Shown in pieces: positions 10,721 to 21,349 of a stretch of DNA of 64,000 nt. The stretch is from an uncultured Poribacteria bacterium. Lineage in GTDB: Bacteria; Poribacteria; WGA-4E; WGA-3G. The notes beneath the pieces are model-generated. The model was not told where the DNA came from. It did not search any database and saw only the letters and a program-made list of their open reading frames with translations. Made by a program: the position numbers and the translations under genes. Position 1 is the first letter of the stretch. Each line of letters opens with the position of its first letter. The stretch lies in assembly GCA_951813565.1 (NCBI GenBank), contig OX638351.1, forward strand, positions 4,832,001 to 4,896,000. The letters are read 5' to 3'.

Positions 10721-11935
10721 ATGATACTCAAAATTGCGTTCCGCAACATCTTCCGACAAAAGCGACGTACAATCCTAACTGCCCTCGCCATGATTGTCGG
10801 GTTTACACTCTCCTCAATAGTCATCGGTCTATCTGATGGTGCGTATTCTAATATCATTGAGATGTTTACCGGAAGCCGTATCGGCCACATTCAGGTGCAT
10901 CGTGAAGGCTATCATGATAAACCATCTATCTATAAAACGATTAGTGACTATGAATCCATTGGTGAAACAATTCATAGTAACACGAATGTTAAAGCGTGGA
11001 CACCAAGAGTTTATGCAGGTGGACTCGGTTCGGTTGGTGAAAAAAGCACGGCTGTACGAATCATTGGGGTTGATGTGGCACGAGAGACCAAAGCAACTCA
11101 ATTTGATAAGAAAGTGTTTGAAGGGAATACTTTAGCTAAAACTGCTTCGCGTGAAGCTGTTATTGGGAAAGGACTTGCGAGAACACTTTCTGCAACGTTG
11201 GGCAGTAAAATCGTGATTTTTTCGCAAGCTGCCGACGGTTCAATTGCAAATGACGAGTATACGATTGTTGGTATTACAGAAAGTGACGATAACATAACGG
11301 ATCGGATAACCTGTTATCTACACATTGAAGATGCACAGGAACTATTTGTACTTGAGGGACGTGTCCACGAAATCGTTGTGATTGTATCAAATATCAATAA
11401 GGTTGGCAAAATAACCGAAGCAATTAAAGAAAGTCTTAACGATTCAACGTTTGAGGTCCTACCTTGGCAAGTGGTAGCAAAGTCCTTTTATGATGCGATG
11501 CAGACTGATAAGCAAGGAGATGCTGTTGCACGTCTCATCATTATGCTTATTGTTGCGATTGGCGTTCTCAACACCGTCCTGATGTCCGTGTTGGAGCGGA
11601 CTCGTGAATACGGTGTGCTGAAGGCGGTTGGAACAAAACCTATCCAAATTTTCTGGTTAGTTATCTGTGAAGTGGTGATCATCACTATTGGCAGCATTGC
11701 TATTGGTGCCTTACTCGGTGTTATAATCAATTATGTGCTGTCCATACACGGTCTCACTTATGCTGAAGGGTTGACTCTCGGCGGCGTTGAATTTGGAACA
11801 ATGTATGCTGAAGTCAACGCTCAATGCGTATTGATTCCAGGTATCACTGTTATGTTGTCGGCGACACTTGTCGGTTTGTTTCCAGCAATAAAAGCTGCCC
11901 GGATTATGCCTGCAAAAGCGATGCGAACACATTAA
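10721..11935 (+). CDS. ABC transporter permease, LolC/E-MacB/FtsX family
   Basis: AFRNIFRQKRRT, MSVLERTREYGVLKAVG; 1+3 TM layout. Confidence 0.9.
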   Translation: MILKIAFRNIFRQKRRTILTALAMIVGFTLSSIVIGLSDGAYSNIIEMFTGSRIGHIQVHREGYHDKPSIYKTISDYESIGETIHSNTNVKAWTPRVYAGGLGSVGEKSTAVRIIGVDVARETKATQFDKKVFEGNTLAKTASREAVIGKGLARTLSATLGSKIVIFSQAADGSIANDEYTIVGITESDDNITDRITCYLHIEDAQELFVLEGRVHEIVVIVSNINKVGKITEAIKESLNDSTFEVLPWQVVAKSFYDAMQTDKQGDAVARLIIMLIVAIGVLNTVLMSVLERTREYGVLKAVGTKPIQIFWLVICEVVIITIGSIAIGALLGVIINYVLSIHGLTYAEGLTLGGVEFGTMYAEVNAQCVLIPGITVMLSATLVGLFPAIKAARIMPAKAMRTH

Positions 11936-12009
11936 ATGGTTGTCAGTTATCAATTGTTGGTTGTCAGAAAGAAATTCCTTTTTACTGGTAGCCGAAAACT
12001 ATCAAAACT

Positions 12010-13239
12010 ATGTTCTTAATTTTAATTAAACTCGCATGGAGAAACATCTTACGGAATAAACGCCGCACGATCATTGCGTCAATAGCAATCAGTATCGGGT
12101 TGGCAGCCCTTATCTTCGGAGATGCTTTCATGATAGGGATGATGGAGAATTTGATTAAAACGGCTACCGATTCCTTCATCGGTGATGCACAGATTCATCG
12201 GCAAGGATTTGGAGACACGCAAGAGGTCTCAATGACCATTCAGGAACTTGATAAAGTGGGCGCGAATCTGGCTAAGGAAGCGAACGTCCAATATTTTACT
12301 CGAAGAACGTACTCTTCTGGAATGATTACATCATCGGCAAATAGAAGTGCAATTAACCTCGTCGGTGTACAACCGTCTACAGAAAAATTCCTATCTCAGA
12401 TTGATGATGCGATTACGGAAGGTGTCTTTTTTGAAGGTGTGAACGAACATGATATCGTCATCGGTAGCAAACTTGCAGAAATTCTGGAAGTTGAACTCGG
12501 AGATAAGGTGATTGTGACAGTCGTTCAAGCCAAAAGCGGAGATTATTTTGAAGATTGGTTTCGTGTTTCTGGGATATATTATTTTGCTGACGCAGCAATG
12601 AGCAGTGGTATGGCGTTTGTTCGTCTTAAAAAGGCACAACAGATGCTTGCTATCGGTAAAAATGTCCATGAAATAGCAATTAAGTTTACTTCTACCGAAT
12701 ATGGTCAAGACAAGCAGCTGCCATTTTGGGAGGCATATTCTCAACATGGTAACGAAGTACTCAGTTGGACAGATATTCTACCACAATTGCCAAAAGTGTT
12801 CGAAATGTCACAATATAGCAAATATGTCATGGGAGTTGTCTTGTTTGGAGTGGTTATTTTTGGTATCATCAACACGCTTTTTATGTCTTTATACGAGCGA
12901 ATGTTTGAATTTGGCGTGTTACGTGCCGTTGGCACACGTTCTTTCGGCATGGCGCGTATCGTCTTATTTGAAGCAAGTGCTTTGGCAATTGTGAGTATTG
13001 TACTCGGTGCAATACTCGGTTTTGTATTGACAGCGATATTTACCCGTATCGGTCTTGATTATACCGGTAATGAAATGATGGGCGTAACGGTACAAGAGTT
13101 CATCTTTCCTGTCCTAACGATTGAACAGTTTATTATTTATCCTGTGGCAGTCTTCATTTTCACTATCATTGCCGGATTATATCCTGCTTGGCATGTTGCC
13201 AAAATGTCTCCGGTAGATGCAATGCGGCGCAGTTTTTAG
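12010..13239 (+). CDS. ABC transporter permease, LolC/E-MacB/FtsX family
   Basis: AWRNILRNKRRT, MSLYERMFEFGVLRAVG. Confidence 0.9.
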   Translation: MFLILIKLAWRNILRNKRRTIIASIAISIGLAALIFGDAFMIGMMENLIKTATDSFIGDAQIHRQGFGDTQEVSMTIQELDKVGANLAKEANVQYFTRRTYSSGMITSSANRSAINLVGVQPSTEKFLSQIDDAITEGVFFEGVNEHDIVIGSKLAEILEVELGDKVIVTVVQAKSGDYFEDWFRVSGIYYFADAAMSSGMAFVRLKKAQQMLAIGKNVHEIAIKFTSTEYGQDKQLPFWEAYSQHGNEVLSWTDILPQLPKVFEMSQYSKYVMGVVLFGVVIFGIINTLFMSLYERMFEFGVLRAVGTRSFGMARIVLFEASALAIVSIVLGAILGFVLTAIFTRIGLDYTGNEMMGVTVQEFIFPVLTIEQFIIYPVAVFIFTIIAGLYPAWHVAKMSPVDAMRRSF

Positions 13240-13248
13240 GGAGTTATC

Positions 13249-13950
13249 ATGGAACAGACGCAAAGAACAGAAGTTATTGTGACTCAAGATGTAACAAAAG
13301 TTTATGATGCTGATAGGATTCCTGTTAATGCTCTTAACGGTGTTAACTTAACCATTCAATCCGGAGAATTTACGGCAATTGTTGGTCCCTCCGGTTCGGG
13401 AAAAACAACCCTTCTCAACATAATTTCTGGGTTAGATGCTCCCACGGAAGGCAAAGTTTTGCTTTCCGACAAGGTACTATCAGAGATGACCGGCAATGAA
13501 CTCTCTGACTTTAGACGGGATAATATTGGTTTCATTTTTCAAGCTTATAACCTAATTCCCGTCCTAACAGTTGAGGAAAATGTTGAATACATCATGCTTT
13601 TAGCAGGTGTGCCGAAAGCAGAGCGGCATGACCGAGTTGTTGCAATGCTTGAAGCAGTTGGACTAAAGGATGTTGAAGGCCGACTCCCCACGCAGCTTTC
13701 AGGTGGACAACAGCAGCGCGTCGCTATCGCTCGCGCTATGGTCTCTGAACCTACCATCATTCTTGCAGACGAACCGACAGCCAACCTTGACTCTAAAACT
13801 GGTGCAGACCTGCTTGTGATGATGAGTCAACTCAACGCGGAAACTGGCATGACGTTTATCTTTTCAACTCATGATCCGATGGTGATGGAAAGCGCAAAAC
13901 GGTTGATTACATTCCGCGATGGACAAGTAGACACTGATGAGACGAAATAG
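13249..13950 (+). CDS. ABC transporter ATP-binding protein (LolD-like)
   Basis: [29 protein letters not shown]. Confidence 0.95.
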   Translation: MEQTQRTEVIVTQDVTKVYDADRIPVNALNGVNLTIQSGEFTAIVGPSGSGKTTLLNIISGLDAPTEGKVLLSDKVLSEMTGNELSDFRRDNIGFIFQAYNLIPVLTVEENVEYIMLLAGVPKAERHDRVVAMLEAVGLKDVEGRLPTQLSGGQQQRVAIARAMVSEPTIILADEPTANLDSKTGADLLVMMSQLNAETGMTFIFSTHDPMVMESAKRLITFRDGQVDTDETK

Positions 13951-13962
13951 CGAATTAGACAA

Positions 13963-15183
13963 ATGAGAAAAATTGTAACGCTCGTTCTCTGTCTCGTGCT
14001 AATCCTGTTTATCAGAATCGCTAACGCAGAACTCCAACTGGGTGGCTACTACAAAAACTTTTTTACAACTTTTAATTCTCCATCCACCAGCGAACCGATG
14101 ATGGGTGCTGTGGTCAACCGACTCCGACTCAATCTCTCTTATACCCCTGCGGATTCACTTTCCTTTGCCTTTGCCTACGATTTTACCCCGCGTGTTCAAG
14201 ACCCTTTGCTTTTTACCGAATCTGCATTTGCTGTTGGCATCGCTTCATCCCGTTATCGCTTGGTAGACTTTGATCCTCGAATATATCCAGATGAGGACGA
14301 ACCGATCGGCAATGTCGGCATTTATCATAATCTTGATCGCGCTTCGGTGCAGTTTAGTACAGATTTCGCTGACATCTCTATCGGTCGGGACGCAATTGCT
14401 TGGGGCAGCGCACGGATTGTCAATCCAACCGATGTTGTCGCGCCTTACACCTACGATCAGTTGGACACAGAGGATCGCGTTGGGGTGGATGCAGTTCGTG
14501 TCCGAATTCCTGTTGGTGCACTGGGAGAAGTGGATACCGGCTATATCTTCGGTGCCGATTTCAACTTTGACAAGAGCGCAATTTTCCTCCGAACACAATT
14601 GAATGCTGTTGAAACAGACTTTTCGGTCTTACTTTTGGAATTTCAGAGAGACCTGCTTGTCGGTTTGGATGTTACACGTGGTATTGGAGGCGCGGGATTC
14701 TGGTTCGAAACTGCTTATGTGTTTGCCGAATCTTTTGCTGACGAACCTAATGCGTCAGACAACTATCTGCGCACCTCTGTTGGTTTGGATTATAGCTTCG
14801 GTGGTGAAACTTATACATTTATCGAATACCATTTCAATGGAGCAGGCACAAACAAACCGAAAGATTTTCTCGCCAATTTAGACCAATCCGCATATACCCG
14901 TGGCGGTGTTTATCTGCTCGGTGTCCATTATCTTGCCCCCGGATTCACCCACCAACTCACACCGCTAATCAGTTTCAGCGGACAATTGTTGTTCAATCTT
15001 TCCGATCCATCAGCATGGATTGCTCCACAGATTGCATATAACATCGCAGAGGATATTCATATCTCTGTTGGCAGTTTTTTCAGCTTCGGAAAACGACCCA
15101 CAAACGAGGATTCACCTGAATTTCAATCAGAGTTTGGCAGTTATCCCAATCTTTTCTTTACCTCATTTCGTATTTATTTTTAA
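13963..15183 (+). CDS. Probable outer-membrane beta-barrel protein
   Basis: Signal peptide (ANA-EL), GR...WG motif, alternating strands, C-terminal FRIYF beta-signal. Confidence 0.65.
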   Translation: MRKIVTLVLCLVLILFIRIANAELQLGGYYKNFFTTFNSPSTSEPMMGAVVNRLRLNLSYTPADSLSFAFAYDFTPRVQDPLLFTESAFAVGIASSRYRLVDFDPRIYPDEDEPIGNVGIYHNLDRASVQFSTDFADISIGRDAIAWGSARIVNPTDVVAPYTYDQLDTEDRVGVDAVRVRIPVGALGEVDTGYIFGADFNFDKSAIFLRTQLNAVETDFSVLLLEFQRDLLVGLDVTRGIGGAGFWFETAYVFAESFADEPNASDNYLRTSVGLDYSFGGETYTFIEYHFNGAGTNKPKDFLANLDQSAYTRGGVYLLGVHYLAPGFTHQLTPLISFSGQLLFNLSDPSAWIAPQIAYNIAEDIHISVGSFFSFGKRPTNEDSPEFQSEFGSYPNLFFTSFRIYF

Positions 15184-15342
15184 TGCTCGTGTTTTATGCA
15201 TCCCGATGTTTGTGGAAATGGAAATCTTTGGCATCTGTCTATCAAACATGATATTATGTATATAACATGGTATTATGTATATTCAGAGCAGAAATTACCA
15301 ATTGTGTAAAACAATATCGTTCCTACGAGCAGGCAGAAATAA

Positions 15343-16044
15343 ATGGATAATTGCTGTCACGAAAAAAGCAGTGAACTTGAAGAACTCAGCGAACGGCAAT
15401 CCAGAACACTGTGGATTGTGCTTGGCATTAACGGTGTTATGTTCTGTTTAGAATTAATCGTTGGTCTCCTGGCGGGGTCAGTGGCATTGCAAGCCGATTC
15501 GCTTGATATGTTGAGTGACACTTTAGTTTACGGTTTCAGCCTTTATGCAATTGCAAAAAGTGGGCGATGGCGTGCAGGTGCAGCCTTGCTTAAAGGTAGC
15601 ATCATGGCAATCTTTGGCATCGGTGTTCTGTTCCAGAGCGTCTATAAATTCCTCGCGGGCGGTATCCCAGAGTCGCATTTCATGTTTATTATGAGTGCGC
15701 TCGCCTTGGTTGCTAACGCCAGTTGTCTGCTTCTGTTGTCGAAACACAAAACAGACGATTTAAACATGCGCTCAACATGGTTGTGTTCCCGTAATGATAT
15801 TATCGCAAACATAAGTGTTTTCGTAGCAGCTGTACTCGTTGCTGCTACTCAATCCAAACTGCCAGACGTAGTGGTGGGTCTGCTCATCACAAGTATCTTC
15901 CTTAAGTCCGCGATCTCTATTCTAAAGGATTCGTATAGGGAACTACGTCAGCCAATCGTACAGTCCCCTAAACAACCCGCTATCCCCGAACTCTGTGTAG
16001 CAGGTACATGTCCAGTTAACGCTTGCCATTGTGATAGCTTATAG
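15343..16044 (+). CDS. Cation diffusion facilitator family transporter
   Basis: ALQADSLDMLSD, LCSRND, TM helices, Cys/His-rich termini. Confidence 0.85.
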   Translation: MDNCCHEKSSELEELSERQSRTLWIVLGINGVMFCLELIVGLLAGSVALQADSLDMLSDTLVYGFSLYAIAKSGRWRAGAALLKGSIMAIFGIGVLFQSVYKFLAGGIPESHFMFIMSALALVANASCLLLLSKHKTDDLNMRSTWLCSRNDIIANISVFVAAVLVAATQSKLPDVVVGLLITSIFLKSAISILKDSYRELRQPIVQSPKQPAIPELCVAGTCPVNACHCDSL

Positions 16045-16350
16045 TCAAATCTAATACCATTTCTAATTGACAAATTATCATATCGGTTTTCTGTATAAAT
16101 TACCTGTAGGTCGGGTAGGGCAGTGAAACCCATAAATCAACGCTATGAATGCCTGTTGGCATTCATACCCGCCAAATGCCTCAATGGCATTTGTAGCGTT
16201 GATTTCTTGATTTGGCGCATGCTGCACCTCTTTGAACTTGTGGACGGAAACCCACGGCGTGTGCGGACTACCTTTAAGCGCATATTTAACATCGGAATTA
16301 TTTATGCACACTGAAGTGCTACCGTTTATTCAGACCAAAATTTAGCAAAG

Positions 16351-17190
16351 TTAAGACAAGTTTTTTTGCTCAAATTCCACAGGTGTCAAATACCCTAACG
16401 CTGAATGAGGGCGTTTGTGATTATACACTTGCGTAATAAAATGCCCAATGCGGGCTCTCGCTTCGTGGATGTTCTCATAGGCGTTGAGATGAACTTCTTC
16501 TTCCTTGAGCGTGCGGATAAGTCTTTCAGCATATCCGTTCTCCCAAGGACACCCTCTTCGGGCGACTGAAATCTCTATCCCATGATACCTAAGCAGTGAG
16601 ATATACGCATCTGAAAGATACTGAACGCCTTGATCAGAATGATGGATCTCTGGAACACTTTGACATAATGCTGTCTCTAAGGGTTTCAACGCCAGAGATT
16701 GCGTCAAGTGTCGACTGATATGCCACCCCCTGATCATGCGAGTGAAGACATCCATGAGCAGACAAACATAGATGAAGTGTCCTTTGAGACGGACGTAGGT
16801 AATATCGCCTACCCAGACCTGATCACATCGGGAGACATCAAGGTTTTCAAGGCGATTACCCCAGGGACGCACACCCGCAACGGATGTCGTGGTTTGACAG
16901 ACACGTTTGACAGAAACCGAGAGGTTGGCGGATTTCATCAATCGGGCAACACGCTTATACCCGATGGTGTATCCGCCACGCACTAACAACTGTGTGATAC
17001 GTCTATATCCGTATGTTGGATATAGCAAAGATAACTTCTCTATTTCATCCCGGAGGCCCGCTTCACACGGGTCCTGCTTGGGGTGATAATAGAGATTGCT
17101 TCGGTTGAAACCGAGCGTCTCACATATCTGCCGAACCGAAAAGTCTATCCGTAATGCTTCAACCATTTCTCGCTGCTCCATCGGGGTCAA
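16351..17190 (-). CDS. IS3 transposase OrfB (integrase core)
   Basis: YGYRR, WVGDITY, HHSDQG, NGYAER, YN..RPHSAL; DDE intact. Confidence 0.93.
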   Translation of the reverse strand: MTPMEQREMVEALRIDFSVRQICETLGFNRSNLYYHPKQDPCEAGLRDEIEKLSLLYPTYGYRRITQLLVRGGYTIGYKRVARLMKSANLSVSVKRVCQTTTSVAGVRPWGNRLENLDVSRCDQVWVGDITYVRLKGHFIYVCLLMDVFTRMIRGWHISRHLTQSLALKPLETALCQSVPEIHHSDQGVQYLSDAYISLLRYHGIEISVARRGCPWENGYAERLIRTLKEEEVHLNAYENIHEARARIGHFITQVYNHKRPHSALGYLTPVEFEQKNLS

Positions 17191-17477
17191 CTCAAGTAAG
17201 TTGAGGCTTTTTTTTGGATGTCAAGTGCCAGGGTCAACCGCCCAACGAGTTGCTCAAGTTGGGCGATCCGATCCGCAGAGGCATCAGACTGTTTATCAGC
17301 GGGTTCAAAGAGGGTCGCCGCATTTTCAAGAAGCTGTCGCTTCCACTTTGAAAGTTGTTCATCGCTGAGGCTATGTCGCCGACACACTTCTGCTTGGGAA
17401 CTTTGACCGCTCAGTGCCTCAAGAACAACTTCGGCTTTAAACTCGGGAGTGAAGTTTCTTCGTTTTCGTTTCGCCAT
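17187..17477 (-). CDS. IS3 transposase OrfA (HTH)
   Basis: RRNFTPEFKAEVV...LSKWKRQ; A-run slippery site at 17207-17215. Confidence 0.9.
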   Translation of the reverse strand: MAKRKRRNFTPEFKAEVVLEALSGQSSQAEVCRRHSLSDEQLSKWKRQLLENAATLFEPADKQSDASADRIAQLEQLVGRLTLALDIQKKASTYLS

Positions 17478-17573
17478 CGGATACTCCTTTCAAGTAGATG
17501 GATATTATACCATAATCTTGTCTTAGAGAGTGGCCCGAATTTCCGGTGGCAGTACACACCCCTCATTTAATTG

Positions 17574-19251
17574 CTTACTATTACCCATAAGTTTATGGAA
17601 CATGTCCATCAATAAGGTTCTGACCGATATTGTTTTGTGTGTATTGGTGAAAAAGAGCAAAGGTGTCAGAAATATCACTAAGCCTTTACCATCCTCTCCA
17701 AATAACGGTCACTCCAGGTTTACCATCGGACTTTCGTCCTAAAAAGCCACCCAGTTTGGCGATCCAAACAACGACTTCAGACACAGTTGGTAGTTTTTTC
17801 GGTAAAATGTGCGTCTTATGTGTTATACAGTAAAGTGCTTTCCACTCAACTTCAGTCAATATATGTGTGCAGTCCGTATCCGGTGCCTGCCGATTGATGA
17901 TTGTCAACCAATAAAGACGCCAAGCAATCACGCTCAGCAGGGCAATAAAGCGTAGGAGTCTCTCTTGGGTTTGGAAGCGGACTTCCTCAACTTTCGTTCC
18001 TGATTTGAGGATTTTGAAATAGACTTCAATGTGCCAGCGTTGCGTATACCAGTCTACCCGTTCAATCGCATCTGAGAAATCTGTGACTTTCACATTTGTA
18101 AGGAGCAGCCATTCCACAGGTGTTGTGCCATCGGGTGGGTTCGTCTCTATCACCCATACGAGATATATTTCCACAGCAGGCAGCTCTTGGGAGCGTGATG
18201 CTTGCGAACGATGCGGTGGGAGAAGCGTCGTTTTTGTGAAACTAACGCTCAGAGTTGCTTCTCGGGCAGGTTGGGCACCACGCGCTGCAACTTGTATGCT
18301 AAACTCACCAGCAACCGGTAGACTTTCTGCTAAAGCACGCAATCTACCAACATCATTATCAACCACACGATCTTGCGCAGCACGCATTACAAAAGGCATC
18401 TCTTGTGCTTCAACGAAAAACTCATAAATATCAGCTTCACGATCACAAATGCAAATCACCTCAACACCTTCTGGGGCTTCGGATTTTATTGCCGACACTG
18501 CTTCAATCCACTTGTAGCTCTCTTTTTCTACCAGCGGTCTGGATTTCCGTTTTTTTTCTTGTGTCGGCGCATCCCGAACCCACACTTTATCTGTCAAACA
18601 CCCAAGCGGGAGCCCCGACCCACTCACGATGAGTGTCGTGTGTTTGACAAAACCATAATGGTGATGAGACGAGGCACCAATCGGACCTAAACCTTCTGTT
18701 GACGGGTGATCGGTGTAATCCAGATAGGTTGTATCTTGTATAGCAAACACACGCTGATACGCACACATCCGCGCAATCGTCTGTCTAAAGTGAGGTGCCA
18801 ATATCTTCTCTGAAGAAACCTTTTCATTATCAAATAACGATAGGCACCCTTCACCGATGCCCAATCGCCACACGCAGCGTTGATGGTTGCGGTAGGATGT
18901 GCCGCCAACGCATCTGCAACGCTGAGCAACCTTTTATTTAGACGGGCATCTCCCAAATCAAGACCCGTAAACTCTTCAATACTCCAAGATGTAGATAACT
19001 CTTTCTTGTTTGTAGACATCATTATTCACTCCAATGTATCAGATCCATAAGTGTTACTTGTGTTGGTAATAATATCTATTGAACATAACACAAATGTTCT
19101 TGATATGCAAGTATATTATGACCCAATGACCCAAGCGAAAATACACTTATCTTGACAGCACAGGTGAATGTAAATCAAGAAAATAGATGTCTGCACTTTA
19201 TGTCGAATTTATGATCAATAGTAAGAATTTCGACTTATGGGTAATAGTAAG
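17574..19251 (-). mobile_element. IS4-family (IS50/Tn5-like) element
   Basis: Perfect 19 bp IRs cttactattacccataagt (17574-17592) and acttatgggtaatagtaag (19233-19251), similar to Tn5 ends; extra degenerate end at 19207-19225; no target duplication. Confidence 0.85.
17686..19022 (-). pseudogene. Tn5-like IS4 transposase, frameshifted and with a premature stop
   Basis: LGDARLNKR..GAYR frame shifts to LFDNEKV near 18840; QDTT, DREADIYE, Y..RWHIE..FK; WRGW*RLSD stop in the conserved tail. Confidence 0.88.
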
Positions 19252-20595
19252 CCTTTAGGTAGGGGATGTCCACGGCGAAAGTTTTGATTTAAAATATACT
19301 TTTCAATCTAATCACAATGTGGTATAATATATCATACTATATTGTAACTCTTGAAGTGATAAAAGACTATATTGAAGGTCAAAGTGGACAATGAGAAAAT
19401 CTCACAAGTTCAAACTTCAACACCAATCTAACACAATCAAACTTGGTAATATGCTTGATGATATGTGGGAAATCCATGTGCATATCATGCGTTTGGCACG
19501 TAGGTATTATCGCATGTTCGGCAAAAATTTGTCTGCGTATCGTCTGAAGGCACATGTTGCGAAACTCAAAAAAACAACTAAACCACACTGGGCGGACTTG
19601 CCGAGTCAAGTTGTTCAAGACGTTGTCCTACGTTATGGTAAATCACAAGACGCATTTTTCCAAAATATAGCAAGCCGCAAATCAGGTAAAACAACGCGTA
19701 AAGTGGGTAGACCGAAAATCAAACCGAGACACAAATACAACTCCATGACCTTCACACAAGCGGGCTACAAACTTGAAGGGAACCGTATCAAAATCAACTG
19801 TATAGATACATGGTTTTCCTACCACAAACACCGTGATTTCAAAGGAACTATCAAGACAATCACAATCAAACGCGATAGGTGCGGTGACTATTGGATATGC
19901 TTTTCGTGCGAGAATGTTGACGATTCCGAACCCAAACCCAAGACAGGTAAGAGCGCAGGATTTGATTACGGAAACAAAACATTCCTCACAAGCGACGAAG
20001 GGGACACAATAGAATCCCCGCAGTTTTTCAAACAATCACTCAACACGTTGCGATCTCTCAACAAAGCACTCAGTCGTAAAGTCAAAGGTTCTAACAACTA
20101 TTATCGTGCGTGCCGTGCTTTAGCAAGACAACACAGAAAAGTTGCCCGACAAAGAGAAGATTGGCAATGGAAACTTGCCTCAAAACTTTGTGTAGAGTTT
20201 GACACACTCATTTTGGAAACGCTGAACCTTGACGGTATGAAACGATTATGGGGACGTAAAGTTTCTGACCATTCTTTCTACCAGTTTCTTCAGATATTGG
20301 AACAGAAGTGTGCGAAGCACGGCAAAAAACTTGTGCAAATCTCGCAATGGATAGCAACAACAAAACCTTGTAGTGATTGTGGATACCATAACAAAGAACT
20401 CTCTCTTTCTGATAGGCAGTGGACATGTTCCGAATGTGGTTCACACCACGACCGAGACACCAACGCTGCTATCAATATCAAACGGGCAGGCTTGGCTGCC
20501 TAAAGTGGAGCGACAGTAAGACGGTCAACTCTCTGAGAAAACCGCAGTCGCAAGGAAGCACAAGCCCCTACCTTTAGGTAGTGGGTACCTATGAC
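19252..20595 (+). mobile_element. IS200/IS605-group TnpB-only (IS1341-like) element; left end clipped
   Basis: cctttaggtagggg at 19252 and hairpin aagcccctacctttaggtagtggg at about 20563-20586; no tnpA; boundaries approximate. Confidence 0.7.
19391..20503 (+). CDS. tnpB: RNA-guided endonuclease TnpB
   Basis: RuvC-I GFDYG, RuvC-II LETL, Zn ribbon CSDCG/CSECG, RuvC-III HDRDTNAAINI. Confidence 0.92.
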   Translation: MRKSHKFKLQHQSNTIKLGNMLDDMWEIHVHIMRLARRYYRMFGKNLSAYRLKAHVAKLKKTTKPHWADLPSQVVQDVVLRYGKSQDAFFQNIASRKSGKTTRKVGRPKIKPRHKYNSMTFTQAGYKLEGNRIKINCIDTWFSYHKHRDFKGTIKTITIKRDRCGDYWICFSCENVDDSEPKPKTGKSAGFDYGNKTFLTSDEGDTIESPQFFKQSLNTLRSLNKALSRKVKGSNNYYRACRALARQHRKVARQREDWQWKLASKLCVEFDTLILETLNLDGMKRLWGRKVSDHSFYQFLQILEQKCAKHGKKLVQISQWIATTKPCSDCGYHNKELSLSDRQWTCSECGSHHDRDTNAAINIKRAGLAA

Positions 20596-20620
20596 TGTTG
20601 AGTGATTCGTTCACTTGGAA

Positions 20621-21226
20621 TTAAACCGTTGAAAACATGCCTTCTTCTGAAAAAACATGCTGCATCGGAACATCCCACGGTTGCGGATATGTGTCATCTA
20701 CAAGTTGGACCTGAAATGTTATACCGATTGTGACAGCGTTCGGACAGGTAGGCAGAAAACGGTCGTAAAACCCTTTTCCGTATCCGAGGCGATAGCCGTT
20801 TGAATCAAAAGCGGTACCGGGAACGATGATGAGTTGGAGTTTATCGGGTGGGAATATAGGGCAGTTTTCATTGGGTTCAAGTATCCCATAAGGATGTTCA
20901 ACTAAATCTTTTTCCAAATTCTGAATACATCTGGGTATCAATTGACCGCTTTTCGTATCTAAAACTGGCGCGATAATCTCTCTACCTTGATTGAAAAAAG
21001 ATTCAATTAGTTCGTGTGTTCCTACCTCACTTTTCATGCTAAAATAAACCATAACCGCATCAAAACAGCATTCTTTTTCACTTTTTTCACTTCGCTGAAT
21101 CCATTCAATCACATGTGTCCCAATCTGTCTGCTGTGTCTGGCATGCTCAGTGGGTGAAAGGTTTTCGCGTTTCCGTAGTGTTTCTGCGCGAATGGTTTCC
21201 CGTTTTTGCGCTATTGGTATGTCCAT
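20621..21226 (-). CDS. 5-formyltetrahydrofolate cyclo-ligase
   Basis: YGILEP, IIVPGTAFD, RLGYGKGFYDRFL, WDVPM; start MDIPIAQ preferred because upstream frame runs through a REP. Confidence 0.9.
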   Translation of the reverse strand: MDIPIAQKRETIRAETLRKRENLSPTEHARHSRQIGTHVIEWIQRSEKSEKECCFDAVMVYFSMKSEVGTHELIESFFNQGREIIAPVLDTKSGQLIPRCIQNLEKDLVEHPYGILEPNENCPIFPPDKLQLIIVPGTAFDSNGYRLGYGKGFYDRFLPTCPNAVTIGITFQVQLVDDTYPQPWDVPMQHVFSEEGMFSTV

Positions 21227-21349
21227 TAATTTTTCTGGTATAAAAGTCGCGAGCTGAAGCTCGCTCCTACAGGAAGAGGTTTGCTGTGCGATAAATAATG
21301 AACTCACAATTTGAAAGTGGATAAAGCACTATTTACATATAAAACTTTT

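Larger units (their letters stand above)
16312..17556 (-). mobile_element. Complete IS3-family insertion sequence
   Basis: TG...CA imperfect terminal IRs (tgaagtgctaccg / cggtggcagtaca), 3 bp CAC duplication on both sides, orfA plus orfB. Confidence 0.92.

Noticed and set aside
21227..21349. 6S RNA upstream of the 5-formyl-THF cyclo-ligase
   Set aside because: Gap is only about 120 bp and partly a REP; no long 6S-like rod visible
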